Below are positions 43,913 through 54,664 of a stretch of 64,000 bases of DNA, one piece after another. The DNA is from an uncultured Nitrospinota bacterium (GTDB taxonomy: Bacteria > Tectomicrobia > Entotheonellia > J063 > CAVPRW01), in the NCBI GenBank assembly GCA_963707985.1, contig CAVPRW010000016.1:32001-96000 (forward strand). The letters are read 5' to 3'. The notes beneath the pieces were generated by a model that did no database searches, had not been told where the DNA came from, and worked only from the letters and a program-made list of their open reading frames with translations. Position 1 is the stretch's first letter; each line of letters starts with the position of its first letter. The position numbers and the translations under genes were made by a program.

Positions 43913-44064
43913 GATTCGCTCACCTCCACTCGTTCTCGCTCGCCTCATGGTAGAGGGCCGGCGTGAGGGAATCCCAACCATTGAGCCGTGTCATACCACC
44001 CTCAGCCTAACTCCCTCCCGAAGGGAGAGGGAACATCGTCCAGATGTCTAAATCTGGCGCCAAT

Positions 44065-45435
44065 CTAATCATCGCTCCCCGGTGCGGCAGCCAGCGGACC
44101 GATGTAATCGCGCACAAGTACGTGATAATCTGGATCGAACCACCTCCCGCGCTCGCGGGCGGTTGACCGGGAAGGGGTCGCCGCCGGCATGGAGACATCC
44201 GGCGGACGGTTGGCGATGACGCCGGCGGCGAGCAACTGCTGCATCTCATCCTCCGAGAGGCCAGCGACCTCACGCAAGATCTGCACATTGTGCTGCCCCA
44301 GAGCCGAAACCAGTGTCAGGGCTTCCGGGATGTTTGGGATGCGGAAAGGCCGCCCGGCATAGACCCTCGGACCGACGCGAGGCGCGTTCGTGTTGGTGAA
44401 CACCTCGAAGTACCCACGCTCGCGGAGATGCGCGTTGGCCACCAGATCACGAGCCGTGAGAACGGCCCCAGCAGGTACCCCATGGGCCTGCAGCAGATGG
44501 GTCAGGGCTTCATTGTCGTGCGTTGCGGTCCACTGCCCGATTTGTTCGTCAAGTTCGCCGCGGTGCTGCCAACGACCTGGTACCGTATCAAAGCGCCGCT
44601 CCATCGCCCACGAGGGCTCGCCCATCACCGCTCGGAGCCGTTGCCACTCGTCATCGGTGGATACGGTGATGGCAATCCAGCGGTCGTCGCCCTGGCAAGG
44701 ATAGACGTTGTGCGGCGCCTTCCACGCGTGCGTCGTGCCGAGGCGTGGGCGGGTGATACCGCGTTGGACCTCCAGAATAGCTGGCGCGATACAGGAAACC
44801 CCGGTCTCATACATGCTGAGATCGATGCGTGCACCTTTGCCCGTTTTGCGGCGACGGTACAACGCTAGTAAGAGGGCGTAGGCGACATTGAGCCCGCCGG
44901 TATGATCCATATAGTTGCTGCTGGCGCGGATAGCCTCGCCCCCTGCATAGCCCGTCAAAAACGACAGACCACAGACGGCATCCACCGTGCGTGCTCGCGC
45001 CCCGTAGGCTCGCCACGGGCCGGTGTGGCCGTAGGCCGTGCAGCTTAGCGTGATGATGTCCGGTTTTATGCTGGCTAAACTGTCGTGGTCAAGACCAAGG
45101 CGCAGCATGGTACCGGGGCGAAAATTGTCGGTGACGATATCGCTGCGCGCCACCAGCTTCAGGAACACTTCCTTGCCGCGGGGTTCGGTGACATCCAGGC
45201 AGAGGCTCTCCTTGTTCCGGCCCCAATAGGCGAAGGTGCCCCCCTCGTTCCACCATTCTTCGCCGGGTTCTCCGTCGGGAAAAGGGCCTGACCGCCGGTC
45301 GTTCATGTGGTCAGGACTTTCTACCCGGATGACCTGGGCGCCGAAATCGGCCAGGAAGGCAGTACCCCAGGGAAGCACATGGACTTGTTCAAGGGAGAGT
45401 ACTCGGACACCCGAGAGGACAGCTTGTTCTACCAT
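44065..45435 (-). CDS. Class III CoA-transferase (CaiB/BaiF), catalytic subunit
   Basis: LADFGA, RNKESLCLD, NFRPG, NYMDHTGG with catalytic Asp. Confidence 0.9.
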   Translation of the reverse strand: MVEQAVLSGVRVLSLEQVHVLPWGTAFLADFGAQVIRVESPDHMNDRRSGPFPDGEPGEEWWNEGGTFAYWGRNKESLCLDVTEPRGKEVFLKLVARSDIVTDNFRPGTMLRLGLDHDSLASIKPDIITLSCTAYGHTGPWRAYGARARTVDAVCGLSFLTGYAGGEAIRASSNYMDHTGGLNVAYALLLALYRRRKTGKGARIDLSMYETGVSCIAPAILEVQRGITRPRLGTTHAWKAPHNVYPCQGDDRWIAITVSTDDEWQRLRAVMGEPSWAMERRFDTVPGRWQHRGELDEQIGQWTATHDNEALTHLLQAHGVPAGAVLTARDLVANAHLRERGYFEVFTNTNAPRVGPRVYAGRPFRIPNIPEALTLVSALGQHNVQILREVAGLSEDEMQQLLAAGVIANRPPDVSMPAATPSRSTARERGRWFDPDYHVLVRDYIGPLAAAPGSDD

Positions 45436-45803
45436 AGAGAAGTCCTCCATGACCGATGGGAGTGTTGGCCGTGTCGCCAACCAGAGGTGAGCCGCGCGAT
45501 GCTGGGGTCAGCCTACTGGAGAACGCTCTTGCCTGTCAAGCCTACAGGTGGGGAGAAGCGTGTTTCTTTTGCTCACCGAGCCTCCTGAGACCCTTCAAGC
45601 GATCTCCCACCCCCCACCACGGGCGCACATCGACATGGAAGACAGCCGAACTCCGCCGTGCCGCTGACCAAGGCACCATGGCAAGAGCCGTTGAGGGCGA
45701 TAGGCAGACCAGCACCATGCGGGCGAAGGGAGGTAGTGTATAATCAGGCGCACCAGTTGCCTCTTCGGCATAGACATGCGCGTTTCAGTGAGAGGAGGGT
45801 CAC

Positions 45804-46661
45804 ATGAGCGTCACGATACGTCCGGGTACGTCTGCAGATGCTCCAGCATGCGGGGTGATCTGCTATGCGGCGTTCAAGACCATCGCTGAGCAGCATCGCT
45901 TTCCGCCTGCCTTTCCCAATCCCGAGGTCGCAACCCGGCTTTTGTCAGGGCTGCTGTCGCATCCAGGTTTTTATGCTATGGTCGCCGAGCTTGAGGGGCG
46001 CATCGTGGGCAGTAATTTTATCGACGAACGCTCGACCGTTGCCGGCATTGGTCCGATCACCGTCGATCTCGCCGTGCAGAATCGGGCCATTGGGCGTCTA
46101 CTGATGCAACATGCCCTGGAACGGGTCGCCCACCAGCGCTTCCCTGGGGTCCGCTTGGTACAGGCGGCCTATCACGCCCGGTCCCTGGCCCTCTATGCCA
46201 AGCTCGGGTTCACGATCCAGGAGCCCTTGGCGACGCTGCAAGGTCCGCCGGTTGCTGTGCAAATTCCAGGCTATGTTGTGCGCCCAGCCACCGAGATGGA
46301 TCTCGCCGCCAGCAATCACGTCTGTCAACGCGTCCATGGGCATGATCGTGCTGGAGAGCTCCGTGAGGCAATCCAGCAGGGTAGCGCCCGCGTCGTTGAA
46401 CACGCCGAGCGCATCACCGGATATACCACGGCAATTGCCTTCTTCGGCCACGCGGTCGGTGAGACGAACGAAGATTTGAAAGCTCTTATCGGAGCGGCAG
46501 CAGCATTCCCGGACCCTGGCTTTCTCCTGCCTATTCGCAATGCTGAGTTATTCCGCTGGTGTCTAGAGCATGGACTACGGGTGGTCCAAACCAACACATT
46601 GATGAGCTATGGCCTTTACAACGCACCCATGGGGGCGTTTCTCCCTTCGATTCTGTATTGA
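45804..46661 (+). CDS. GNAT family N-acetyltransferase
   Basis: GPITVD..QNRAIGR acetyl-CoA motif, SLALYAKLGF. Confidence 0.88.
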   Translation: MSVTIRPGTSADAPACGVICYAAFKTIAEQHRFPPAFPNPEVATRLLSGLLSHPGFYAMVAELEGRIVGSNFIDERSTVAGIGPITVDLAVQNRAIGRLLMQHALERVAHQRFPGVRLVQAAYHARSLALYAKLGFTIQEPLATLQGPPVAVQIPGYVVRPATEMDLAASNHVCQRVHGHDRAGELREAIQQGSARVVEHAERITGYTTAIAFFGHAVGETNEDLKALIGAAAAFPDPGFLLPIRNAELFRWCLEHGLRVVQTNTLMSYGLYNAPMGAFLPSILY

Positions 46662-46803
46662 TTCGCCTGGCACTTATGTGAGGGTCGACTAGAGAGGTGG
46701 GGGGTGGGGGAAGCGCTACAGTCTGAACAGGGTGCACGGCACTTCCGCTCGCTGGCGGAGGTGAGCGCCAAAATGGTTGCGTGAGGAACTTCTGCGTGCA
46801 TGC

Positions 46804-46846
46804 CACTTGATAATACGTGAAGTACACTTGATAATATTTGATAATA
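46804..46846 (+). promoter_or_regulatory. Tandem TTGATAATA direct repeats (regulator-binding site)
   Basis: CACTTGATAATA at 46804 and 46825, TTGATAATA at 46838, in an AT-rich patch. Confidence 0.55.
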
Positions 46847-46959
46847 AATTATATATTATGATCTATTCCTGGACGAACTAGGGACGCGCGACCAGAAAAG
46901 GCTGGATCCAATCCGTGCGACGGACAGCCCATCAACCATAGAGGGAGGAGCGAGAGCAT

Positions 46960-48216
46960 ATGTCCTGGCTACGCGATAGCGACCTGCAAAACGAGGCGCA
47001 GTATCACGCGGTGCGCGCGGATGAGTTGATCTGGCAGCGATCCAGAGCGCTCGGCATCTCACGCCGCCGCATGCTGCAGTGGCTCGCGGCGGGGGGGGCC
47101 TCGGTACTGGTTGGAGGCGCATGGCCCAGGCAGGTCCAGGCAGCGGAAGCTGCTTCCGCCCAGGAGTTGGTGGTCAAGCCCACCCCTCCTGAACTGTTCT
47201 TCGATTACGGCAGTAATAAAGAGATGCGCTGGCAGAGTATGTCCGGGCGCGGCTATGTGGTCCCGAACGAGCTCTTCTTTGTGCGCAATCACACCCGTAC
47301 GCCCCGCATCGATCTTTCTACCTGGCACCTCAAGGTCGAGGGCTCGGGTGTTCGACACCCCTTGGAGCTGAGCTACGATGCGCTGCGGTCGATGCCATCG
47401 GTGTCAGTGATTCGGACGATCGAGTGTGCCGGCAATGGACGGAGTTTCTTTGAGAAGGCCTATGGCAAGAAGGCCCAAGGGACACAGTGGAAGTTAGGTG
47501 CCGTCGGTGTCGCCGAGTGGACCGGGGTACGTTTGCGCGATGTGCTGGAGCGGGCTGGGCTGAAGCGCACGGCCAAGGATGTGATGCCAGAGGGTCTCGA
47601 TGACCTCAAGGTGCGCCGCCCGATGTCCGTTGCAAAGGCCATGGCTGCGGACACCATTTTGGCGTACGGCATGAACGGCGAGCCCCTCCCCCCTGATCAT
47701 GGCTCCCCGGTGCGGGTTCTCGTCCCTGGCTGGATCGGGGTAGCCAACATCAAGTGGGTGGGGCATATCGAGGTCTCCGAGGAAGCCCTCTTTTCCCCTT
47801 GGAATACGGATACCTATATTTTGCTAGGTTCCGACTATCCGACATCCCCTCCTGCCAAGGGACCCGTACTGTCGCTACAAAATCTGAAAAGCGCCTTGGA
47901 ACTGGATATGGGAGCCCAAATCCAAGCCGGTCGGCATCGCCTGACCGGACGCTCCTGGTCGCCGTATGGCAAGATCACCAGGGTTGAGTATAGCTTCGAT
48001 CACGGGCTGAGCTGGCAGCGAGCTAGACTGCAGGAGCCCCATATCCTGCAGGCATGGGCACAATGGGACTTCGACTGGGACGCCAGGCCAGGCCAGTACG
48101 TGATCCAGGTGAAAGCGGCAGATGAGTCCAGTCACACCCAACCGGAACGTGTGCCCTGGAATGAACAGGGCTATCTCTATAATGCCATCGTGGATCACCC
48201 TGTTATGGTGACGTGA
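46960..48216 (+). CDS. Tat-exported sulfite oxidase family molybdoenzyme
   Basis: SRRRML Tat motif, FFVRNH, ECAGNGR, DHGSPVR, KW; C-terminal dimerisation domain. Confidence 0.92.
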   Translation: MSWLRDSDLQNEAQYHAVRADELIWQRSRALGISRRRMLQWLAAGGASVLVGGAWPRQVQAAEAASAQELVVKPTPPELFFDYGSNKEMRWQSMSGRGYVVPNELFFVRNHTRTPRIDLSTWHLKVEGSGVRHPLELSYDALRSMPSVSVIRTIECAGNGRSFFEKAYGKKAQGTQWKLGAVGVAEWTGVRLRDVLERAGLKRTAKDVMPEGLDDLKVRRPMSVAKAMAADTILAYGMNGEPLPPDHGSPVRVLVPGWIGVANIKWVGHIEVSEEALFSPWNTDTYILLGSDYPTSPPAKGPVLSLQNLKSALELDMGAQIQAGRHRLTGRSWSPYGKITRVEYSFDHGLSWQRARLQEPHILQAWAQWDFDWDARPGQYVIQVKAADESSHTQPERVPWNEQGYLYNAIVDHPVMVT

Positions 48217-48261
48217 GGATATGCGTCGCATCTGCGTGGGTTGCCGTATACGGGGCGCCAT

Positions 48262-48345
48262 TGGCGTTTGCCTGCCCGACGTGTGGGTTGGTGCATAAGC
48301 CCAGGGAAAAGTTTTGCGGCGGCTGCGGCATCATTCTCACAGGAT
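48262..48345 (+). pseudogene. Zinc-ribbon fragment (double zinc ribbon type)
   Basis: CPTCG..KFCGGCG with no downstream domain. Confidence 0.4.
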
Positions 48346-48850
48346 CAGCTCCGGCCCCCGACTCGCCCCTTCCGCCACGGGCCAGACTGGTCTGTGGCTT
48401 GCCCACGAGTCGGTGCGCTATGTGGAACTCGACCTACCCCTTCGGCTCAAAGAGGCCGTTCTCATGAAACCTGCTGCGTGGGCAGAAGCGACCTTCGGCG
48501 GCTTGGAGCGGGAGGTAGAGTCAGAAGCTGCATACGTCCTCCATGGCGCTTGGCTTCGTTCTGTGGTCTAGGAGATGAGACGCAGGTCGATAGGCCTATC
48601 TTTGAGGTATTGTAGGCATATGGTGTGAGAAGACCTTCGCCAGTGTATAGTGAGGTTGTTGCGCGGGTCGTGTACCTCTAGGCTTCGGCTACATGAAATG
48701 GACCTGCTCGAAGCCGCTCATGGCTCGTGAACCAGACGGTCAAGGGCTCCTGAATCGGGAGCCTAAGGCTTGTGTGGACTTTCTTTGTCTCCCTGTGGGC
48801 ATCCCCCCAGCCCACATGTCTTGTGAAGCCCTCACGGGGAGGGACCTTGT

Positions 48851-49189
48851 ATGCCTATCGAGCCTGATGCCCTGGTATATTCGACCGAGCAGGGCGACCT
48901 GCGCAAACGGCAGCCATCTGCCCCGCAGGGTCGTGCCCATCCTCCGACACAGCACACCGCCGTCATCCAGCGGACATCTAAAGGGCGTGGCGGCAAGGTG
49001 GTGACGCTGATCAAAAACCTCAACTTGTCCCCGGATGACTGTAAAGCTCTGACACGGCACCTCAAGCAGACGTGCGGGAGTGGGGGGACGATGAAAGACG
49101 GCGTCATCGAAATCCAGGGGGATCACCGGGAAACCATCGCGGTGGCGCTGCAACAGCTGGGGTACAAGACGAAATTCGCCGGCGGATGA
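48851..49189 (+). CDS. yciH: Translation initiation factor SUI1/YciH
   Basis: LVYSTE, KGRGGKVVT, CGSGGT, IEIQGDHR. Confidence 0.92.
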   Translation: MPIEPDALVYSTEQGDLRKRQPSAPQGRAHPPTQHTAVIQRTSKGRGGKVVTLIKNLNLSPDDCKALTRHLKQTCGSGGTMKDGVIEIQGDHRETIAVALQQLGYKTKFAGG

Positions 49190-49265
49190 GGCAGGCGTGA
49201 AGTCTGTTGGATTCCGACTCAGCGACGACTGGGGCAACATCGACAAGGCAGGAGCAAGCAGAGCT

Positions 49266-50213
49266 ATGGCATTGACACTCGTGGAAAACTTCCGTGCGGT
49301 CTTTTACACGCCTTTCTATGCGGCGTTCGCGCTCAACGCCTATGAGGCGGAGGGCGTGGAGGTAAAGCGGGTCATGTCAACGACTGCCGCCGAGACGAAT
49401 CAGGCGCTGCGCAGCGGGCGGGCGGACGTCGCCTGGGGAGGGCCCATCCGGCTCCTGCTGGACAACAACCAGCAGTCGGACAGCGATCTGGTGATCTTCT
49501 GCGAGGTCGTCCGACGCGACCCGTTCTTCCTGGTCGGCCGCGAGCCCAATCCCACCTGGCAGCTCACAGACCTCTTGCACGTGCGGCTGGCCACCGTGAG
49601 CGAGGTGCCCACGCCGTGGCTATGCCTGCAGCATGATGTGCGCCTGGCTGGGCTCGATCCGGTCCACGTCCGGCGCATGCCAGAGCGGTCTATGCCGGAC
49701 AACCTCGCGGCCTTAGGCGCGGGAGAGATCGACGTGATGCAGGCCTTTCAACCGTTTGTGGAGCAGGCTGTGGAGACAGGCGTGGGCCATCTCTGGTATG
49801 CCGCTGCTGCCCGCGGGCTCACGGCGTATACCTCGTTGTATACGACACGACAATGCATCGCCCGTGATCCGGAGGGTCTGCTGCGCATGACGCGCGCCAT
49901 GTATCGCACCCAACAGTGGATCGCCACGCACAGCGCCGCCGAGCTCGCGGCCTGTGTCGCAGCCTTCTTCCCGGACCTTCCGCGGCCGACGCTGACGGCG
50001 GCCCTCGAGCGCTATCAAACACTCCGTGTGTGGAACCGTACGCCCATGCTACAGCCAGCAGGGTTGGCGTGGCTCGACGCGGCGTGTCGGTCAGGGAGCT
50101 ACATCCAGCACAGTGTTCCCTACGAGCGGTGCGTGGATATGCGCTTCGCCGCCCAGGTCATTGCGGACGCGCCGCCCGCGTGTGACGATGACACCGGGAC
50201 CGAGCCCCTCTAA
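49266..50213 (+). CDS. NMT1/SsuA-like substrate-binding protein
   Basis: ENFRAVFYTPFY, WGGP, RDPFFLVGR, FQPF; no clear signal peptide and no adjacent permease. Confidence 0.8.
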   Translation: MALTLVENFRAVFYTPFYAAFALNAYEAEGVEVKRVMSTTAAETNQALRSGRADVAWGGPIRLLLDNNQQSDSDLVIFCEVVRRDPFFLVGREPNPTWQLTDLLHVRLATVSEVPTPWLCLQHDVRLAGLDPVHVRRMPERSMPDNLAALGAGEIDVMQAFQPFVEQAVETGVGHLWYAAAARGLTAYTSLYTTRQCIARDPEGLLRMTRAMYRTQQWIATHSAAELAACVAAFFPDLPRPTLTAALERYQTLRVWNRTPMLQPAGLAWLDAACRSGSYIQHSVPYERCVDMRFAAQVIADAPPACDDDTGTEPL

Positions 50214-50229
50214 CACGGGAGCCTATCAG

Positions 50230-51115
50230 ATGTCCCCTACAGATCTCCACGCCTTTTGGCGCCGCACGACAGAGGCCTTGCAGCAGACGCCCATGCGTGC
50301 CTCTTGCATCGACGCGGCAGCGCAGAGTGGGCGCGAGTACGTCACCTCCCTCGTGCAGTTGGACAGCTTTGAGGGCAAACGCCTGCGCGCCTGGTACACG
50401 GTGCCGAAGGACCGCCTGTCGGGGGGCCGGGTGCCCGCGGTGCTGGCCGTCCCCGGCTATGGCGGGGATAAGCCCATTCCGACCCATCTCGCCGTCAGTG
50501 GCTTCGCGGTCTTGACCCTCTATCCTAGAGGCCAGGGGGAAAGCTGCCAGGAGTGGACCCTGGAGCATAGTACCAAGCTGACGTACCATGTGACGGATAA
50601 AGAGCGGTTTTACTATCGCGGCGCTTACATGGACTGTGTGCGCGGGCTCGACTTCCTGGCCTCACGCCCGGAGGTGGACGCCACGCGGCTGGGCATGTGG
50701 AGCCGCAGCCAGGGCGGCGGTCTGACCCTGGCGACGGCGGCCCTCGACCCGCGGTTGCGGGTGGCGGTGGCGGAAGAGCCGTTCCTGTGCAACTACCCGG
50801 TGGCCATCACCGTGACCAGCCGCCCATATAGGCGAGCTGCATGACTATGTGGCCGCCCACCCCGAGGCCCGGCAGGCCATCCTGGACACGCTGGCCTACT
50901 TCGACCCGTTACATCTGGCGCCGTCAATCCAATGCCCCACCCTGGTCAACGTGGGGATGCGTGACGAGGTGTGTCCCGCCGCCACTATTGTCCCGGTCTT
51001 CGAGCGCCTCACCGCGCCGAAAGCGCTGCACGTGTACCCCGACCTGACGCATGCCCCGTGCACGGACTTCAATGCCCATGCCATGCACTGGCTGCGCCGC
51101 TATCTCGGGGCGTAG
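50230..51115 (+). CDS. Acetylxylan esterase/cephalosporin-C deacetylase (CE7-like); frameshift near 50832
   Basis: PGYGG, RGQG, SQGGG nucleophile, DEVCP, His; split across two frames. Confidence 0.85.
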
Positions 51116-51302
51116 GGCTCTCCGGACCCCGGACACATAGAAGGGAAGAGAATGCGGGGAATGCAGCCTCTAGCGGGAGACAGGTGTGCATGGCATGTGG
51201 GCCTTGCCGATTCGATCTCCGTCACATGGCTCATTGGCGCTACTGAAGTGGGCGCTATAACAGCGGCAATCACCGCTCACGGGAGAACGGGTTGCACTGC
51301 GC

Positions 51303-52153
51303 GTGGGTTTCCCTATGTTTGCCTCCCTCCCACTGCTCGAAGGACTGCCGCTGGATCCTACCACATGGGAACAGACGCCTGTGGTCGTTCAAGAATTGGT
51401 CATCCACTTGCTGGCGGTGACTCGGCAACAAGAAGAACGGATGAGGACCCTTGAGGCGCGGATGGCGGCCCTCGAAGCACGGAGTGCAGCGGAACTCGGC
51501 CAATACCAATCGTCCGCCCTCCGCGGATCCTCCCTGGGTGAAACCGCACACCTCCAGCACGCCCAAGGGCAAGCCGGGGCCAGGCCCGGACACCTGGGGC
51601 ATCGCCAGGCATTGTTGGAGCCGACCGAGGTCATCGAGGTCCAGCTCCCGGCCTGTGGCTGCGGGCAGACCACGTTTCACGACGCGCGCCCCTACGATAC
51701 CCATCAGGTCATCGAGCTGCCCGACATCCAGATGAGCGTGCAGCAGTTTGTGTTGTATGCAGGCGCGCTGTTCCCGGTGTGGCAGGGTCACGAAAGCCCC
51801 GGTTCCCCCAGCCGCTTCCTCCGGCGATGGTCCCCGGTTCACGGCCCTGCTGGGTGAGCTGTCGGGCAGTCAGCGGAGCAGTCGCAGCGCCGTGCAGGAG
51901 TGTTGCCGGTCGGTCCTGGGAGTGCCGATCAGCCAAGGCGCGATTCAACGCGCGGTGGATCGGGTCTCGGAGGCCCTCAAACCCTCATGACTGAGGCCAT
52001 TCGCGGTGCAAGCCCGACGGGCGCCCGTCAATGACCGTGACGAGACCGGCTGGTATCGGCACGGCGTGTTGGTGTGGCTGTGGGTGATGGTCAACACCAC
52101 GAGTGGCGTTGTTCAAGGTGCAGACGAGTCGGAGCCACGTGGCGTTCGAGGCC
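51303..52153 (+). mobile_element. IS66-family transposase pseudogene
   Basis: NSANTNRPPSADPP, HQVIELP, GPRFTAL, ISQGAI, DETGW; multiple frameshifts. Confidence 0.85.
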
Positions 52154-53008
52154 GCCTTCAATGATCTGGTGGGCATGGCCTATCCAGAAATTGACAAGCC
52201 CTTCGCCGGCTTGACCAAGCATAGACGTGCGCCGGCTTCACTGCTTGATGGAACGCTGAATCCCGGGGAATTCAATCCGGATCGGATGAAGGTGCGTGAG
52301 TATCTGAAGCAACACAGAGGTAAGCTTCTGAAAGATGTAGCCACGGTCGAGACACCCGTGGTATCGACATACTCCCCCAGCGATTTATATATTGGCTTGG
52401 ACAGCATTGGCTCATCCTGTGGAACATTGACTCCGTCGACGATTGCCAATGAGGCAGTGGTCGGGACTGTGCGCACACTGCCAGAAGGTCCTGTCATTTC
52501 GAAGCTGCGGCCCTATTTGAACAAAGTGGCGTATATACCTACGGAGCTAGCTGGTGCCCTGGGTTCGACTGAATTACTGTGTGTGCGTCCGAACGAGCAA
52601 ACGCTCTCGTGGTATCTCTATGGGGTACTCAAGCTGAGAAGTACGGTACGACAACTGAATCCCGTCTCCACCGGTTCCACCCATCCGCGTGTGTCTAGGG
52701 ACGATGTCTTGGGGGTCTTTATCCCATGGCTACAAGATCCTGTTGCGGCCGGGAATCTGCTCCAACGTGCGCAGCGTGACTACTTTGATGCGGAAAGGTT
52801 GATCACGGCCGCCAGGCTATTGGTCGAAGCCCTCATCGATTCACGGCTTTCAGAAGACGATCTCAAGGCAGCCAAACAGCAATTGGAGCAAGGCAATCGA
52901 GAGCTCGAATGTGCTCTCCTCTCTCGCATTACAGCAAGTGGCGTGGATACGGAAGGGGCGCCTCCCTTGTTCGTTGATCTCGAAGCACTGTACGCGGCCA
53001 TCAACTAG
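52154..53008 (+). pseudogene. Type I RM specificity (HsdS-like) C-terminal part, 5'-truncated by IS66
   Basis: SKLRPYLNKV, GSTEL, STGSTHPRV..IP TRD-like motifs followed by a helical tail. Confidence 0.65.
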
Positions 53009-53213
53009 GCGGAGCGAGTCCATACTGATGGAGAGATATCATGACAGGTGACCTGGTCGCAGCTGAGCACGCATTGCAGGAAGGTAGTCGCGATCTCGAC
53101 TGAGTCATGTATAAGCTGATGGATGTTGGTGGCCTTGTTCGGCTCCTCATACTGATATTCGGTGTCCGGCCCGAGTCAATTTTTGATGAATCCGGTAAGG
53201 TGTAGAAACAACG

Positions 53214-53546
53214 ATGCAGCTTCCCAATGGCCTCCAGGCGTACATTCCATCCGAAAAACTGAGCGCCTATTTGCTCTTGGAAACGCATGCCATTGGGAAA
53301 GCCAAAGCCACGTTTTTCCGCGCGCTGGGCTTCAATGAGACCAATCTACGTCTGTTGGAGCACGGATTACTGACCCTCGCACACAGCGCACCAGTGCAAG
53401 ACGTGGTCCCATCGCCACACGGCGTTAAGTATATTATCGAGGGGGTGCTGGAAGCACCACGTGGCGCTTCGCCGCGTATCTGCACGGTGTGGATTCTCGA
53501 ACCAGGCGAGACCAACCCGCGCTTTGTGACGGCATATCCCTCCTGA
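53214..53546 (+). CDS. DUF6883-like protein (putative toxin)
   Basis: EKLSAYLL..H..GKAKA.FF..LGF, PRFVTAYP. Confidence 0.75.
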   Translation: MQLPNGLQAYIPSEKLSAYLLLETHAIGKAKATFFRALGFNETNLRLLEHGLLTLAHSAPVQDVVPSPHGVKYIIEGVLEAPRGASPRICTVWILEPGETNPRFVTAYPS

Positions 53547-53575
53547 TCCAGCCAGGGGTTGGGGAGGAGCAGGGC

Positions 53576-53809
53576 ATGATCCGTGAATTGGACACTGTGG
53601 TCTTGGTCCACGATCTCGAAACCTATGGCTTAACCCAAGGAGATGTGGGAGCCGTAGTCCATTGCTACAAGGACGGGGTGACCTTTGAAGTCGAGTTTGT
53701 AAGCGGGGAAGGAACCACGCTTGCGGTGTTAACCCTATCCCAGCATGACATTCGGCCCATGCATGCACGGGAAATCCTGCATGTCCGCGCTCTCACAAAG
53801 AGTGCATGA
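53576..53809 (+). CDS. DUF4926 family protein
   Basis: ELDTVVL..GDVGAVVH..FEVEF. Confidence 0.8.
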   Translation: MIRELDTVVLVHDLETYGLTQGDVGAVVHCYKDGVTFEVEFVSGEGTTLAVLTLSQHDIRPMHAREILHVRALTKSA

Positions 53810-53854
53810 GAGTGAATACAGTTTTGTACTTTCTGCCAACCTGGGAACAAACCA

Positions 53855-54130
53855 ATGACGAAACGGCAACCACCTTATAGTCCCGAAGAGCATGCCCGGC
53901 GTGGCGATGAGATCTACGAACGTTCTATCCGTCCACAGGTCGAAGCTGGCAATCAGGGGAAGATCGTGGCCATCGACATTGATACTGGGGCCTTTGAGGT
54001 CGCCGATGGTGTGCTCACGGCCTCAGACCGCCTCCTAGCACGTTATCCAAATGCCCAGACGTGGTTTATCCGCATTGGGCACCGTGCCGTGCACCGCTTT
54101 GGTCCACGTACTATCCCGGAGACGGCATGA
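53855..54130 (+). CDS. Small conserved hypothetical protein (partner of clan AA aspartic protease)
   Basis: RRGDEIYE..GKIVAIDIDTG; ATGA overlap with the next gene. Confidence 0.7.
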   Translation: MTKRQPPYSPEEHARRGDEIYERSIRPQVEAGNQGKIVAIDIDTGAFEVADGVLTASDRLLARYPNAQTWFIRIGHRAVHRFGPRTIPETA

Positions 54131-54303
54131 TCACTGGAGTCGTGACCGCGAATCACGAAGCGACGATCCCGCTTGTTGTTCCTGGGGCACACGGACAGCA
54201 GGAAACCATCGACGCTGTCATTGACACGGAATTCACAGGGTCTGTGACGCTGGCCCCCATGCTCATTACAGCGCTTGGTCTGTCTTGGCGCGCTCCTCAA
54301 TGA
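54127..54303 (+). pseudogene. Truncated clan AA aspartic protease
   Basis: MITGVV..IDAVIDTEFTG (DTG>DTE); stops after 58 aa. Confidence 0.65.
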
Positions 54304-54421
54304 GCGATGACGTGCTCGGCGCCCTCATCACCACGATGCCCAAAATGGCATAGTGCCAGTCTGGCAGCAGTCGTCCTGCGAAGAAAGTTGCGGATATGAT
54401 ATCTGGCGGAGGCGCTACAGG

Positions 54422-54664
54422 ATGCCAATGACACGAGCCTACGAAGAAATCATTGATTTTATTGCGGCTGGGGCGAGCCCGCGTGATGTGGTCATGTTTC
54501 AGCCCTCCGAGGCGGCCAAGGCACGCGTGGCGGACTTGATCCACCGGGAGAAAACCACTGGTCTGTCGCCGGAGGAAACCGCTGAGCTGGACCACTACCT
54601 GCAGTTGGAGCATGTGATGCGGCTAGCCAAAGCGCGCGCTCGGGCCTATCTGCCTCATGAGTAG
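54422..54664 (+). CDS. Hypothetical antitoxin-like protein upstream of HNH nuclease
   Basis: AYEEIIDFIA..LEHVMRLAKARA; overlaps the HNH gene. Confidence 0.7.
   Translation: MPMTRAYEEIIDFIAAGASPRDVVMFQPSEAAKARVADLIHREKTTGLSPEETAELDHYLQLEHVMRLAKARARAYLPHE

Noticed and set aside
52103..53008. 301-aa ORF as an intact gene
   Set aside because: The first ~17 codons are IS66 transposase sequence; it is a chimeric junction. The same applies to ORF 56770-58011 with the IS1 end.
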